A stretch of DNA of 64,000 nt, from positions 2,328-66,327 of the forward strand of contig CAZWJH010000003.1 in NCBI GenBank assembly GCA_964634755.1. Reading direction: 5' to 3'. Below, one piece after another: positions 8,291 through 16,827 of the stretch (its first letter is position 1; each line of letters starts with the position of its first letter). Origin of the DNA: an uncultured Clostridia bacterium (GTDB lineage Bacteria; Acidobacteriota; Aminicenantia; JAMOAD01). Both the position numbers and the translations under genes were made by a program. The notes beneath the pieces are model-generated. The model was not told the DNA's origin. It was given only the letters and a program-made list of their open reading frames with translations, and did no database searches.

Positions 8291-9807
8291 TACTTTCCCC
8301 AGTAAGGCATCATATCCTTTGCGGGAGATGAGGTTATCTGCCAGATTTTGCCGGTAGCAATCTCTATTATTTTTATATCATAATTTCCAGATTTTAATTT
8401 GGGCCCGCTTGCATAAACAATAAATCTATCATCAGGTGAAAAAGCAGGGCAATAATCATGTTTTTCAGAATCAAAGGTAAGTCTTTTCGGTGAAAATCTT
8501 TCAAAAGGTGTTAAAATAATATCACCTTTATGATCAAATTTATGAGAAACCCAGGCTATATACTTTCCGGAGTGAGAAAATCTTGCCCGGCATCCTCCAT
8601 AACCTTCGGAGAGTTTTTTCATTTCCTTACTTTTCAAATTCATAATATAAACATTCCAACCGATAAACCTGTTGGAAGTCATAAGAAGAAAATTATCATC
8701 CGGCGATACAGAAGGGAGTGCATTTCTTCCTCTGAAATTAGTGATTTTAGCAATTTTTTTTGAATTGATATCATACTTGAAGATTTGCTCCCGACCATTT
8801 ACTTTTCTTGAAAAGAAAATATATTTTCCATCATAGGTCCAAAAAGGATATCTGTCTTCTGAGGGAGAGTCAAATAATTTTTTTATTTTTTTTGTTTTAA
8901 GATTCAGGATATAAAGTTCGAACCTTCCTGTTCTATTTGATTCAAAAACCACCTTGTCCGCATCAGGAGAAAAAACAGGATAGCCATCAAAAGCTTTGTT
9001 AAAAGTAAGTTGTTTTACTCCATTTCTATCTATTAAAAAAATATCCTCATTTCCTTTTCTATCGGACTGGAAGACTATTTTCCCCAAAAAAATAGAAGGG
9101 AGCTTTTCCTTTTGTGAAGGGGGCAAACCTTTTATATAGGGTACAATTGCTCTGTAAATAAATTTTGCCATTCTGTAATAACCATCCTTTGAGGGATGTA
9201 TCCCCGGCAAAAGCTCTTTTTTCTTTAGAAAATATGAGTAAACATCTATGAGACCAAGTTTATTCTTCTTTGAAATGTTTTTTATAATCGGGACAATTTC
9301 TTCTCTTATTCTCTTTTTTGAGCTTTCATTAAAGGTTTTTATATCAATATTGAAAATTGGAGGGGGAGTCATCAAAAAAATCAGAATTCTTTTTTTTCTC
9401 TCTCTTTTATACCTCTTTATCTTTTTTATTATATTTTTCATATTTTCAAGAAATTTTCTCCTCCCTGTTCTGTCCGAATCAATCCTGACATCATTTGTAC
9501 CAAGCATAATAAGAACTATGTAAGGATCGGATTTTTTAAGTATATTAGACTTTCTCAAAAAAGAAAGATACTCCCCCGAAGTATTTCCCGGTCTTGCAGC
9601 TGAAATCACATCAACATTAATGCCATTTTCTTTAAAAAGAGCCCTAAGATATTTAGGATAACTTCCAAAAGAACTCTCCGTTATACTATCCCCCATACAC
9701 AATATCTTAATGCTCTCACCTCTACTCACTCGATACTGTTTTATCACAAAGCCTGCTGCAACAACAACTACCAAAAAAGCTACTAAAATAATCGCTTTTT
9801 TCTTCAT
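8290..9807 (-). CDS. membrane-anchored SGNH/GDSL hydrolase fused to a TolB-like (PD40) beta-propeller
   Basis: N-terminal TM. GDS block (ILCMGDSITE) and GTND block of SGNH hydrolases in residues about 35-230. The C-terminal half has repeated FSPD..(F/V)..S.R motifs (FSPDADKVVFESNRTG, PSVSPDDNFLLMTSNR, PAFSPDDRFIVYAS) typical of TolB/PD40 repeats. Confidence 0.6.
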   Translation of the reverse strand: MKKKAIILVAFLVVVVAAGFVIKQYRVSRGESIKILCMGDSITESSFGSYPKYLRALFKENGINVDVISAARPGNTSGEYLSFLRKSNILKKSDPYIVLIMLGTNDVRIDSDRTGRRKFLENMKNIIKKIKRYKRERKKRILIFLMTPPPIFNIDIKTFNESSKKRIREEIVPIIKNISKKNKLGLIDVYSYFLKKKELLPGIHPSKDGYYRMAKFIYRAIVPYIKGLPPSQKEKLPSIFLGKIVFQSDRKGNEDIFLIDRNGVKQLTFNKAFDGYPVFSPDADKVVFESNRTGRFELYILNLKTKKIKKLFDSPSEDRYPFWTYDGKYIFFSRKVNGREQIFKYDINSKKIAKITNFRGRNALPSVSPDDNFLLMTSNRFIGWNVYIMNLKSKEMKKLSEGYGGCRARFSHSGKYIAWVSHKFDHKGDIILTPFERFSPKRLTFDSEKHDYCPAFSPDDRFIVYASGPKLKSGNYDIKIIEIATGKIWQITSSPAKDMMPYWGK

Positions 9808-9906
9808 ATTAATTTAATAGCACAGTTAAAAAAGATTTACAATCAGAAAGTCTAAAAAAGGATTCCATACCTTGATATTTAGTTCTTTTTTTTATATTAT
9901 CGGGAG

Positions 9907-10812
9907 ATGGAGAAGAAAGTGTTAATGAAAGAGGTAAACAAGTGCCCATTGTGTGGCTCTTCTGAGAGAAAAAAATTATATGATTCAAATATAAATGATT
10001 TTGATACAAAAGATTTTAAGATAACAGATTCTCAATACGGAAAGCACTGGACTTTTTTCAAGTGTAAAATCTGTGGTTTTGTATATTCAAACCCAACACC
10101 AACTAAAGAATTACTTGAAAAAATATATTCATCAATTGAAGATCCGGATTATGATTCTGAAGAAGAAGGAAGATCGAATAATTTTAAAAGGATTTTGAAA
10201 AGAATAAAAAGAATAAAGAATTCGGGTACACTTTTGGATATAGGAGCAGCAACCGGTATATTTATGAAACTTGCAAATGAAAGTGGATTTGAAGTTGAGG
10301 GAATTGAACCATCATCATGGGCAGCTAAAAAAACAGAAGAAAAATACGGTTTTAAAATACATAATACAACCTTTGAAAACTTTAAAGCAAACAAAAAATA
10401 TGACATTATAACAATGCTTGATCTTATAGAGCATGTTGAAAATCCTCTTGAAATTCTGAAAAAAGCAAATTCTCTTTTAAATAATAATGGGCTTTTGGTC
10501 CTCGTTACCCCTGATATAGACAGTTTTATTAGAAAAATTACGGGAAGCCGCTGGTGGCATTTTAGGCCTCCTCATGTAAACTTCTTCAATAAAAAATCAA
10601 TTAGATTTGCTTTAAATAAAGAGGGGTTTGGAATTATAAGCACTAAACCATATCACTGGAAATTTTCTCTTTACTATTTAATTTCAAGATTTAACATAGG
10701 AAGGAAAATATGTGATAAAATAAAACTCTTAAAAAGAGTAAGCGAGAAAATTAAAATAAAACTCTTTTTATTTGATTCGGTGGAAGTTTATGCAAGAAAA
10801 AAAGATAATTAA
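9907..10812 (+). CDS. class I SAM-dependent methyltransferase with N-terminal C4 zinc ribbon
   Basis: CPLCGS...CKICGF zinc ribbon. LLDIGAATGIF glycine-rich SAM motif I. Acidic motif II MLDLIEHV. 301 aa. Confidence 0.65.
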   Translation: MEKKVLMKEVNKCPLCGSSERKKLYDSNINDFDTKDFKITDSQYGKHWTFFKCKICGFVYSNPTPTKELLEKIYSSIEDPDYDSEEEGRSNNFKRILKRIKRIKNSGTLLDIGAATGIFMKLANESGFEVEGIEPSSWAAKKTEEKYGFKIHNTTFENFKANKKYDIITMLDLIEHVENPLEILKKANSLLNNNGLLVLVTPDIDSFIRKITGSRWWHFRPPHVNFFNKKSIRFALNKEGFGIISTKPYHWKFSLYYLISRFNIGRKICDKIKLLKRVSEKIKIKLFLFDSVEVYARKKDN

Positions 10813-11710
10813 TTATTTAAAGGCTTTAAGGCTTGAAAGATGGCCAAGAAGCTTTGCTATTTACATAGGAACTTTTTCATTTTTCCTGCTTTATCCTCAA
10901 AAAATAGTTTTCTCCATTAACTTTTTTGTAAAAATCATACTTGCTTTTCTTTTCACATGGGGGATTTCAACAGCAAACTATATCATAAATGAAATAGCTG
11001 ATGCCCCATTTGATCAGCATCATCCGATTAAAAGGACAAGACCACTTACCGCTGGCAAAGTTAGTAAAAACATACTTTTAATCTTATTCTTTATATTGTC
11101 ATTATCTTCAATTATTTTCGCATACCTATATTTTGGAAAAAATTACACTATTTATCTTATTATCCTTTTAATCGCAGGGTTTTTCTATAATATTCCTCCT
11201 ATAAGATTAAAGGATATTCCCATTTTAGACTTTGTTTCAGAATCAATAAATAATCCCATAAGATTTCTAATTGGTTGGTATGCATTTGCAAGAGCTGAGT
11301 TTCCACCGTATATTCTTTTAATATGGTGGTGGTTTTTCGGAATGTTTTTAATGATAGGAAAGAGAATAGCTGAGAAAAGATTTTTGGGAGAGAAAAGCTC
11401 TCAAGCTTACAGACCATCTCTTAAAAATGTTTCTGAGAAAGTTCTTTTTTACTTCATGGTTTTTACTGGATTTTTGTCCTTTGCACTCATATTGCTCTTT
11501 GGTATTCAATTTAAAATAATAACTTTTGTAGTATTCTCTTTCCCACTTGCGGTTTTCCTTATCTGGATGATTTATACAATCAATAAAAAAAGAGGTGAAC
11601 TGGAAGAGCCTGAAGAGCTTTTGAAAAATCCGTTCTTATCTATCATTATCTTTATTTTGACTTTTATCTTTTTTATCTCACTTTACATTGAAAAGGTTGC
11701 GGGTAAATAA
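10772..11710 (+). CDS. UbiA-family aromatic/polyprenyl prenyltransferase (membrane)
   Basis: NEIADAPFDQHHP (NxxxDxxxD-like first Asp-rich motif) followed by RPLTAG, and 8-9 TM segments. The start may be the ATG at 10790. Confidence 0.55.
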   Translation: MIRWKFMQEKKIINYLKALRLERWPRSFAIYIGTFSFFLLYPQKIVFSINFFVKIILAFLFTWGISTANYIINEIADAPFDQHHPIKRTRPLTAGKVSKNILLILFFILSLSSIIFAYLYFGKNYTIYLIILLIAGFFYNIPPIRLKDIPILDFVSESINNPIRFLIGWYAFARAEFPPYILLIWWWFFGMFLMIGKRIAEKRFLGEKSSQAYRPSLKNVSEKVLFYFMVFTGFLSFALILLFGIQFKIITFVVFSFPLAVFLIWMIYTINKKRGELEEPEELLKNPFLSIIIFILTFIFFISLYIEKVAGK

Positions 11711-11930
11711 AATGGAAAATAAGAGAAAAGATGAAAGGACAATAATTTTTCACGGTTTTTCTGGAGAAGAGTTGGAAACACTTATAAAGATACTTAAAAA
11801 AATTTTCCCTGATTACAAAAATATAATACTTGCAACAACCACTAAAACATCATTGGAATGGAAAGTTAGAGACCTTATAAACGAGCTTGTGGAAGAAAGG
11901 GAGTATTTTAAGAAACAAAATAAAGGTTAA
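11688..11930 (+). CDS. small hypothetical protein (about 73-80 aa)
   Basis: ORF only. Likely start is MENKRK at 11712. No motif recognised. Confidence 0.3.
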   Translation: MKRLRVNKMENKRKDERTIIFHGFSGEELETLIKILKKIFPDYKNIILATTTKTSLEWKVRDLINELVEEREYFKKQNKG

Positions 11931-11985
11931 TACCTCTTGACTTTTGAGGAAAACGACTTATATTAAAAATCTAAAGGAGAAAAAA

Positions 11986-12465
11986 ATGGAGATAGAAGTT
12001 TTGGTTGAGAATTTGATAATTGATCCTGTAGCAAAAATGCCTGTGGTGGTTTTAAGAGAAAAAGGAGGAGACAGGATTTTGCCAATCTGGATAGGTTTTG
12101 CGGAAGCAAATGGTATTGCAATAGCTCTTGAAGGGATAAAAATCCCAAGACCTCAAACATACGATCTTCTTAAAAATATTTTGTCTCAAATAGGATATAA
12201 GATTTCAAAGGTGATAATCACTGAAGTGAAAGATAATACTTATTACGCAAAAATTTATTTAAGAAATGTTGATAATGACAATGAATTAATAATAGATGCA
12301 AGGCCATCCGATTCAATTGCCCTTGCATTAAGATTCAACGCAATTATACTTGCAGAAGAAAACCTATTGAAAAAGATAGAAAATCTCTCAGTAGATAATG
12401 TTGATGATATTAAAAAGTGGCTTGAGGAGCTCACTCCGGAAGAATTGGGAAAATATAAAATGTAA
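11986..12465 (+). CDS. bifunctional nuclease (BFN / DUF151) family protein
   Basis: MEIEV...PVVVLREKGGDRILPIWIGFAEANGIA...IIDARPSDSIALALR matches the BFN domain pattern. RBS AAGGAGA upstream of ATG 11986. The ORF track start at 11944 is an upstream extension. Confidence 0.6.
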   Translation: MEIEVLVENLIIDPVAKMPVVVLREKGGDRILPIWIGFAEANGIAIALEGIKIPRPQTYDLLKNILSQIGYKISKVIITEVKDNTYYAKIYLRNVDNDNELIIDARPSDSIALALRFNAIILAEENLLKKIENLSVDNVDDIKKWLEELTPEELGKYKM

Positions 12466-12926
12466 TGATATTTTATGATTTAATCAAAATCAATGAAACA
12501 CTACTAACATTTTACTATTTGTGGGATGATAGTGACGAGAAAGTTATAAGAGCCTCTTTCTCAAAAAAAATAATAAAGAATTTTAAGAAAAAAGAAAATT
12601 CTGAAATAAAGAGAAAATTTGAGCTCTATTTTTTAGAAAAGAGAGAGCTTCCAAAAATAAATTATAAATTTGAAACAAAGATAACAGACTTTGAACTCAA
12701 AGTATTAAAAGAGACAGAAAAAATAAAATACGGACAATTAATAACCTATAAAGAATTAGCCAAAAGGATCCATAATCCAAATGCCTTCAGAGCAGTTGGT
12801 AATGCTCTTGGCAAAAATCCTTTGCCAGTAATAATTCCATGTCATAGAGTAATTTCAGTAAATGGATTGGGAGGTTTTACAGGGGGGCTTCACATAAAAA
12901 AATTTCTATTAAAACTTGAATCATAA
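12465..12926 (+). CDS. ogt: methylated-DNA--protein-cysteine methyltransferase (O6-alkylguanine-DNA alkyltransferase)
   Basis: Active-site PCHRV motif (IPCHRVISVNGLGGFTGG) near the C-terminus. 153 aa. Confidence 0.75.
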   Translation: MIFYDLIKINETLLTFYYLWDDSDEKVIRASFSKKIIKNFKKKENSEIKRKFELYFLEKRELPKINYKFETKITDFELKVLKETEKIKYGQLITYKELAKRIHNPNAFRAVGNALGKNPLPVIIPCHRVISVNGLGGFTGGLHIKKFLLKLES

Positions 12927-12972
12927 TTAACAGTTTTTGCAACTTTTTTTAAATTGGAGGTATCTTATATAT

Positions 12973-13491
12973 ATGGAAGAGCTTATAAAAAGACTTAAAA
13001 AAGGAGATGAGGAAGCTTTGAAGGAAATTATGAAAATGTATAAAAATGATGTTTTTAAATACATGTATTACTTTTTCGGAAATAGAGAGATAGCAGAGGA
13101 GCTTACCCAAGAAACATTCGTAAGAGTTTATTTTAAAGTGAAAACAATAAAGACAAATAATCTAAAAAACTGGATTTTTGCAATAGGAAGAAATATTGCG
13201 AGAAAAGAGTTTAATAAAAGAAAGCTAAAAAGAATGATCAGTCTTGGAGATTTAAGAAAAACTGAGGCTCAGGCAAATTCAAGCGAAAATAAAATCTTAA
13301 TTCAAGAGCTTTTGAAGGATGTTCCAGAAAAATACAAAACCCCCCTTCTAATGAAAGAAATTGAAGGTCTTAGTCTTGAATCAATATCCCAAATACTTAA
13401 AAAACCTGTTGGCACAATAAAATCCTATATTTTCAGAGGAAAAGCAATTTTAAAAAATAAATATAATTCAATGATGGAGGTAAAAAAATGA
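12973..13491 (+). CDS. ECF-type RNA polymerase sigma-70 factor
   Basis: Region 2 (ELTQETFVRVY) and region 4 HTH (LKKPVGTIKSYIFRGKAILK). 170-aa size class. GGAGG RBS 15 nt upstream. Confidence 0.75.
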   Translation: MEELIKRLKKGDEEALKEIMKMYKNDVFKYMYYFFGNREIAEELTQETFVRVYFKVKTIKTNNLKNWIFAIGRNIARKEFNKRKLKRMISLGDLRKTEAQANSSENKILIQELLKDVPEKYKTPLLMKEIEGLSLESISQILKKPVGTIKSYIFRGKAILKNKYNSMMEVKK

Positions 13492-13814
13492 AAAATCCGG
13501 AAGATTTAATAAAGGAGTTAGAATTCAAAGAGAGCCTTTCTGAAAATTTTGAATTAAAAGTCTTTGAAAAGATAAAAAAAAGAAAGTCCATTAAGAAAAA
13601 ATCTAAAATACTATTCGTTTTTGTATCAATTGTCTCTCTTGTAATTTTATCTCTAATTTTTAATATAAGAGCAGTAAGAGAAAATAATCAACAAAATTTC
13701 GCAAAAAAAGAGGTAATTCCAATAATGGATAATGTTATTTTAAGTACAAATAGTGCAACAACCCACTATGCGATGGAAATAGATAACAAATCCAAAGCAA
13801 GGAGGCCATTATGA
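13488..13814 (+). CDS. putative anti-sigma factor (single-pass membrane protein)
   Basis: Translationally coupled to the ECF sigma gene (overlap ATGA). Short cytoplasmic N-terminus, one TM and a periplasmic tail. Assigned from position and topology only. Confidence 0.4.
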   Translation: MKNPEDLIKELEFKESLSENFELKVFEKIKKRKSIKKKSKILFVFVSIVSLVILSLIFNIRAVRENNQQNFAKKEVIPIMDNVILSTNSATTHYAMEIDNKSKARRPL

Positions 13815-15406
13815 AAAAAATCTTAATTTTTATTCTGATTATTTTTATAATCACCTTTTTAATATTCGCCCAGAATACACAAAGCGAGAAAGCAAAAAAT
13901 GTTTTAATAAAAGTATCACCATCTGTAGTAAAAGTGGTTCTAAAAAACCACAAGACATACATAGCCTCTGGAGTGGCAATTGAGAATAATACCATTGTCT
14001 CAACCTACAAAATAGCTAAACAAAGCGGAAAATATACCATAATCTTATCTAATGGAAAAAGTTACCCGGCAACTCTTATAGGAAAAGACAAACTATCCTC
14101 TCTCGCCTTTTTAAAAATATCAAAAAAGATTCTAAAACCAATTAAATTAAACTATAATAGTTCAGTTGGTGATTGGGTCGCTTTCATCGGAGTCTCCTAT
14201 GATTCTTTTCCAACTATTTATCAGGGGATTGTAAGTGTAAAAAAGAAGAATTCACTTCTTCTAAATGCTCCCATAGTACCGGGGCTATCGGGAGGAGCGG
14301 TTGTAAATGAAAATGGAGAGCTTATTGGAATAGTAAAAGGAGGGGTTGGGTTTTCTCTCTCTCCGAGTTATATTTTCAGAAATATTAATGAAGAGATGGT
14401 TGTAAAAGGAGAGGAGATAGGTGGAAATAATGTGTGCTATGCAATTCCTTCCAATACCGTAAAAAAAATTGCTTTCCTTATAAAAAAATTTGGGAAGATA
14501 AAAAGAGGATGGCTTGGGGTTTATGTAAATGAAAAAAATGGAAAGTTAATAGTGGAAGAGGTTATAAAAAACTCACCAGCTGAAAAATATGGTATAAAAA
14601 AAGGAGACTTCATCCTTAAGATAAATGGGAAAAAACTCAACAAATACGGAGAATTGGTTGATACTGTAAGAGCCTTAATGCCAGGTGAGTGGATTAGAAT
14701 CAAAATAAAGAGAAAACAGAAAACAAAGATTATAAAATTAAAGGTGGGAACACTAAATTACAAAGATCTTGAAGAAGAAGATTCTACACCTTTCAAGTTT
14801 GATAGAAAAAGCTCTGATTTTAATTTTTTTAGTTTTCCGAAAAGCGGAAAAATAATTTTTAATTTTACTAATACAAGGTTTTTAGGAATTAATGTATATG
14901 AAATAAGCTCTCAGCTCGCAAAATACTATGGAATAAAAGAAGGATACGGTCTTTTAATATCCTCGGTTTCCAAAGGCTCAGCAGCAGAAAAATCCGGATT
15001 GAAAGCTGGTGACATAATAGTCAGAGTTAAAGGAAAACCTGTAAAAACTGTTTCTGACATAAGAAAAATACTCAATTCTCTAAAAGATAATGAAAAGGTA
15101 AAAGTGGAGTTTTACAGAAATGGAAGGCTAAAAAGTGTAATAGCTCTTCCCCAGAAAAGGGAGGATTTGAAGGTATTGAAAAATATAGAAAAATTAAAAG
15201 AAAACTTTTCTGAGTTCTCAAAGAGAGAAAAACTAAAAGAAGAAATTAAGAAACTTAAAAAAGAGTTGGATAAAGTAAGAAAAGAGAAATTTAAGATAAT
15301 AGGAAAAGACCTTAAAGAAGAACTAAAAAGACTTCAAAAGGACATCAATAATTTTATAAAAGAGCTTAACAATAAATATGCTAAAAGTAAAAAAGCTGAG
15401 CATTGA
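13811..15406 (+). CDS. HtrA/DegP-like trypsin-fold protein with two PDZ domains and a C-terminal coiled coil; catalytic His and Asp apparently replaced
   Basis: Signal peptide. GLSGGAV (Ser-containing) protease motif present. The expected TNNHV is TYKIA and the DLA(V/L)LK Asp box is SSLAFLK. Two PDZ cores (GWLGVYV...GIKKGDFILKING; GSAAEKSGLKAGDIIVRVKG). A K/E-rich coiled coil covers the last 90 aa. Overlaps the upstream gene by 4 nt. Confidence 0.55.
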   Translation: MKKILIFILIIFIITFLIFAQNTQSEKAKNVLIKVSPSVVKVVLKNHKTYIASGVAIENNTIVSTYKIAKQSGKYTIILSNGKSYPATLIGKDKLSSLAFLKISKKILKPIKLNYNSSVGDWVAFIGVSYDSFPTIYQGIVSVKKKNSLLLNAPIVPGLSGGAVVNENGELIGIVKGGVGFSLSPSYIFRNINEEMVVKGEEIGGNNVCYAIPSNTVKKIAFLIKKFGKIKRGWLGVYVNEKNGKLIVEEVIKNSPAEKYGIKKGDFILKINGKKLNKYGELVDTVRALMPGEWIRIKIKRKQKTKIIKLKVGTLNYKDLEEEDSTPFKFDRKSSDFNFFSFPKSGKIIFNFTNTRFLGINVYEISSQLAKYYGIKEGYGLLISSVSKGSAAEKSGLKAGDIIVRVKGKPVKTVSDIRKILNSLKDNEKVKVEFYRNGRLKSVIALPQKREDLKVLKNIEKLKENFSEFSKREKLKEEIKKLKKELDKVRKEKFKIIGKDLKEELKRLQKDINNFIKELNNKYAKSKKAEH

Positions 15407-15473
15407 TGAAGTCTTTAATAGATCTTATTCTTAATTTTTTATCCGATAAATCAATTTTTTTCAGGAGAGTTAA

Positions 15474-16649
15474 ATGATAAAAAAAAGAGTCTTAATTTTT
15501 ATTTTAACTTTCGGGCTTATTTTTACTGTTCAGGGAATTGCCAAGAAAAAGAGAAAAGCGGAGGCGTCTCAATTTAAAATTATTACTAAAGTAAAAACAA
15601 CTCCACCAAAGGATCAAGGAAAAACCGGTACATGCTGGTGTTTTTCAACAACTTCTTTTCTAGAATCAGAACTTTTAAGAATGGGAAAGGGAGAATACGA
15701 TCTTTCCGAGATGTTTACAGTGAGAAATAATTATTTAATGAAAGCTGTTAATTATATAAGACTTCATGGTAATGCCACATTCGGACAGGGAGGTCAGGCT
15801 CATCATGTATTCAAATCCATAAAAAAATACGGGATAGTACCTGAATCCGTTTATCCCGGACTGGGGTATGGCGGGAAAAAACACAATCATAGCGAACTTT
15901 TCAGAATTCTTAAAGGTTTTTTGAACAATCTTATAGTAAACCGATGGGGAGCAACTATAAGCAGTGTTTGGTTTGAGGCTTATCAAAAGATTCTTGATAC
16001 ATACTTAGGAAAATATCCTGAAAAGTTTAAATATAATGGAAAGAGATACACACCAAAATCATTTTTGGACTATCTTGGAATAAATCCCGATGATTATGTG
16101 GAATTTACATCTTATGATCTATATCCATTTTACAAAAAAGTAAGACTTGAAGTCCCCGATAATTGGGACTTTGATTCTAATTACTACAATGTTCCAATTG
16201 ATGAGCTCGAAAAGATAGTTGGTTATGCTTTAAAACACGGTTACTCCGTAGTTTGGGACGGAGATATAAGTGAAGGATATTTTTCCTCCCGGAAAGCAGG
16301 GTTGGGAGTTGTTCCGAAAGATTGGGATAAAACTCCCCCGGATAAAAGGGATAAGCTTCTTATTCCCTCTGTTAAAGAGAAAGATATAGACCAAAAGATG
16401 AGAAGAGAGACATTTTTGACATTTGAAACAACGGATGATCATTTAATGCACATCGTTGGCATTGCAAAGAGTAAATCCGGGAAAAAATTTTATTATGTAA
16501 AAAATTCTGGTGGAACTAAAGGCAGATACAAAGGTTTTCTCTATCTTTCAAAGGCATTTTTCAGGCTTAAAACAATCGCAGTAACTCTTCATAAAAATGC
16601 TATTCCACCTGAAGTAAAGGAGAAAATCGGTCCTATCTCAGGAAAATAA
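15474..16649 (+). CDS. C1-family cysteine peptidase (aminopeptidase C / bleomycin hydrolase-like), secreted
   Basis: Signal peptide. QGKTGTCWCFS papain-type active-site Cys box. HLMHIVG His box. NSGG Asn region. Confidence 0.65.
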   Translation: MIKKRVLIFILTFGLIFTVQGIAKKKRKAEASQFKIITKVKTTPPKDQGKTGTCWCFSTTSFLESELLRMGKGEYDLSEMFTVRNNYLMKAVNYIRLHGNATFGQGGQAHHVFKSIKKYGIVPESVYPGLGYGGKKHNHSELFRILKGFLNNLIVNRWGATISSVWFEAYQKILDTYLGKYPEKFKYNGKRYTPKSFLDYLGINPDDYVEFTSYDLYPFYKKVRLEVPDNWDFDSNYYNVPIDELEKIVGYALKHGYSVVWDGDISEGYFSSRKAGLGVVPKDWDKTPPDKRDKLLIPSVKEKDIDQKMRRETFLTFETTDDHLMHIVGIAKSKSGKKFYYVKNSGGTKGRYKGFLYLSKAFFRLKTIAVTLHKNAIPPEVKEKIGPISGK

Positions 16650-16827
16650 GCTTTAGCTATCTTTCAGATAAAATCTTTCCTACTTATTAATAAATAAAAG
16701 AGGGGGAATACTTGGTAAAAAAGCTTTGAAGTTTTAAGTAAGTTAAAGTTACAAACACTTAGTTCTTAGCACAATTTCAATAAAACAGAAAACTATACTT
16801 AATGAAATTTTTAATTTATAATTTTTT

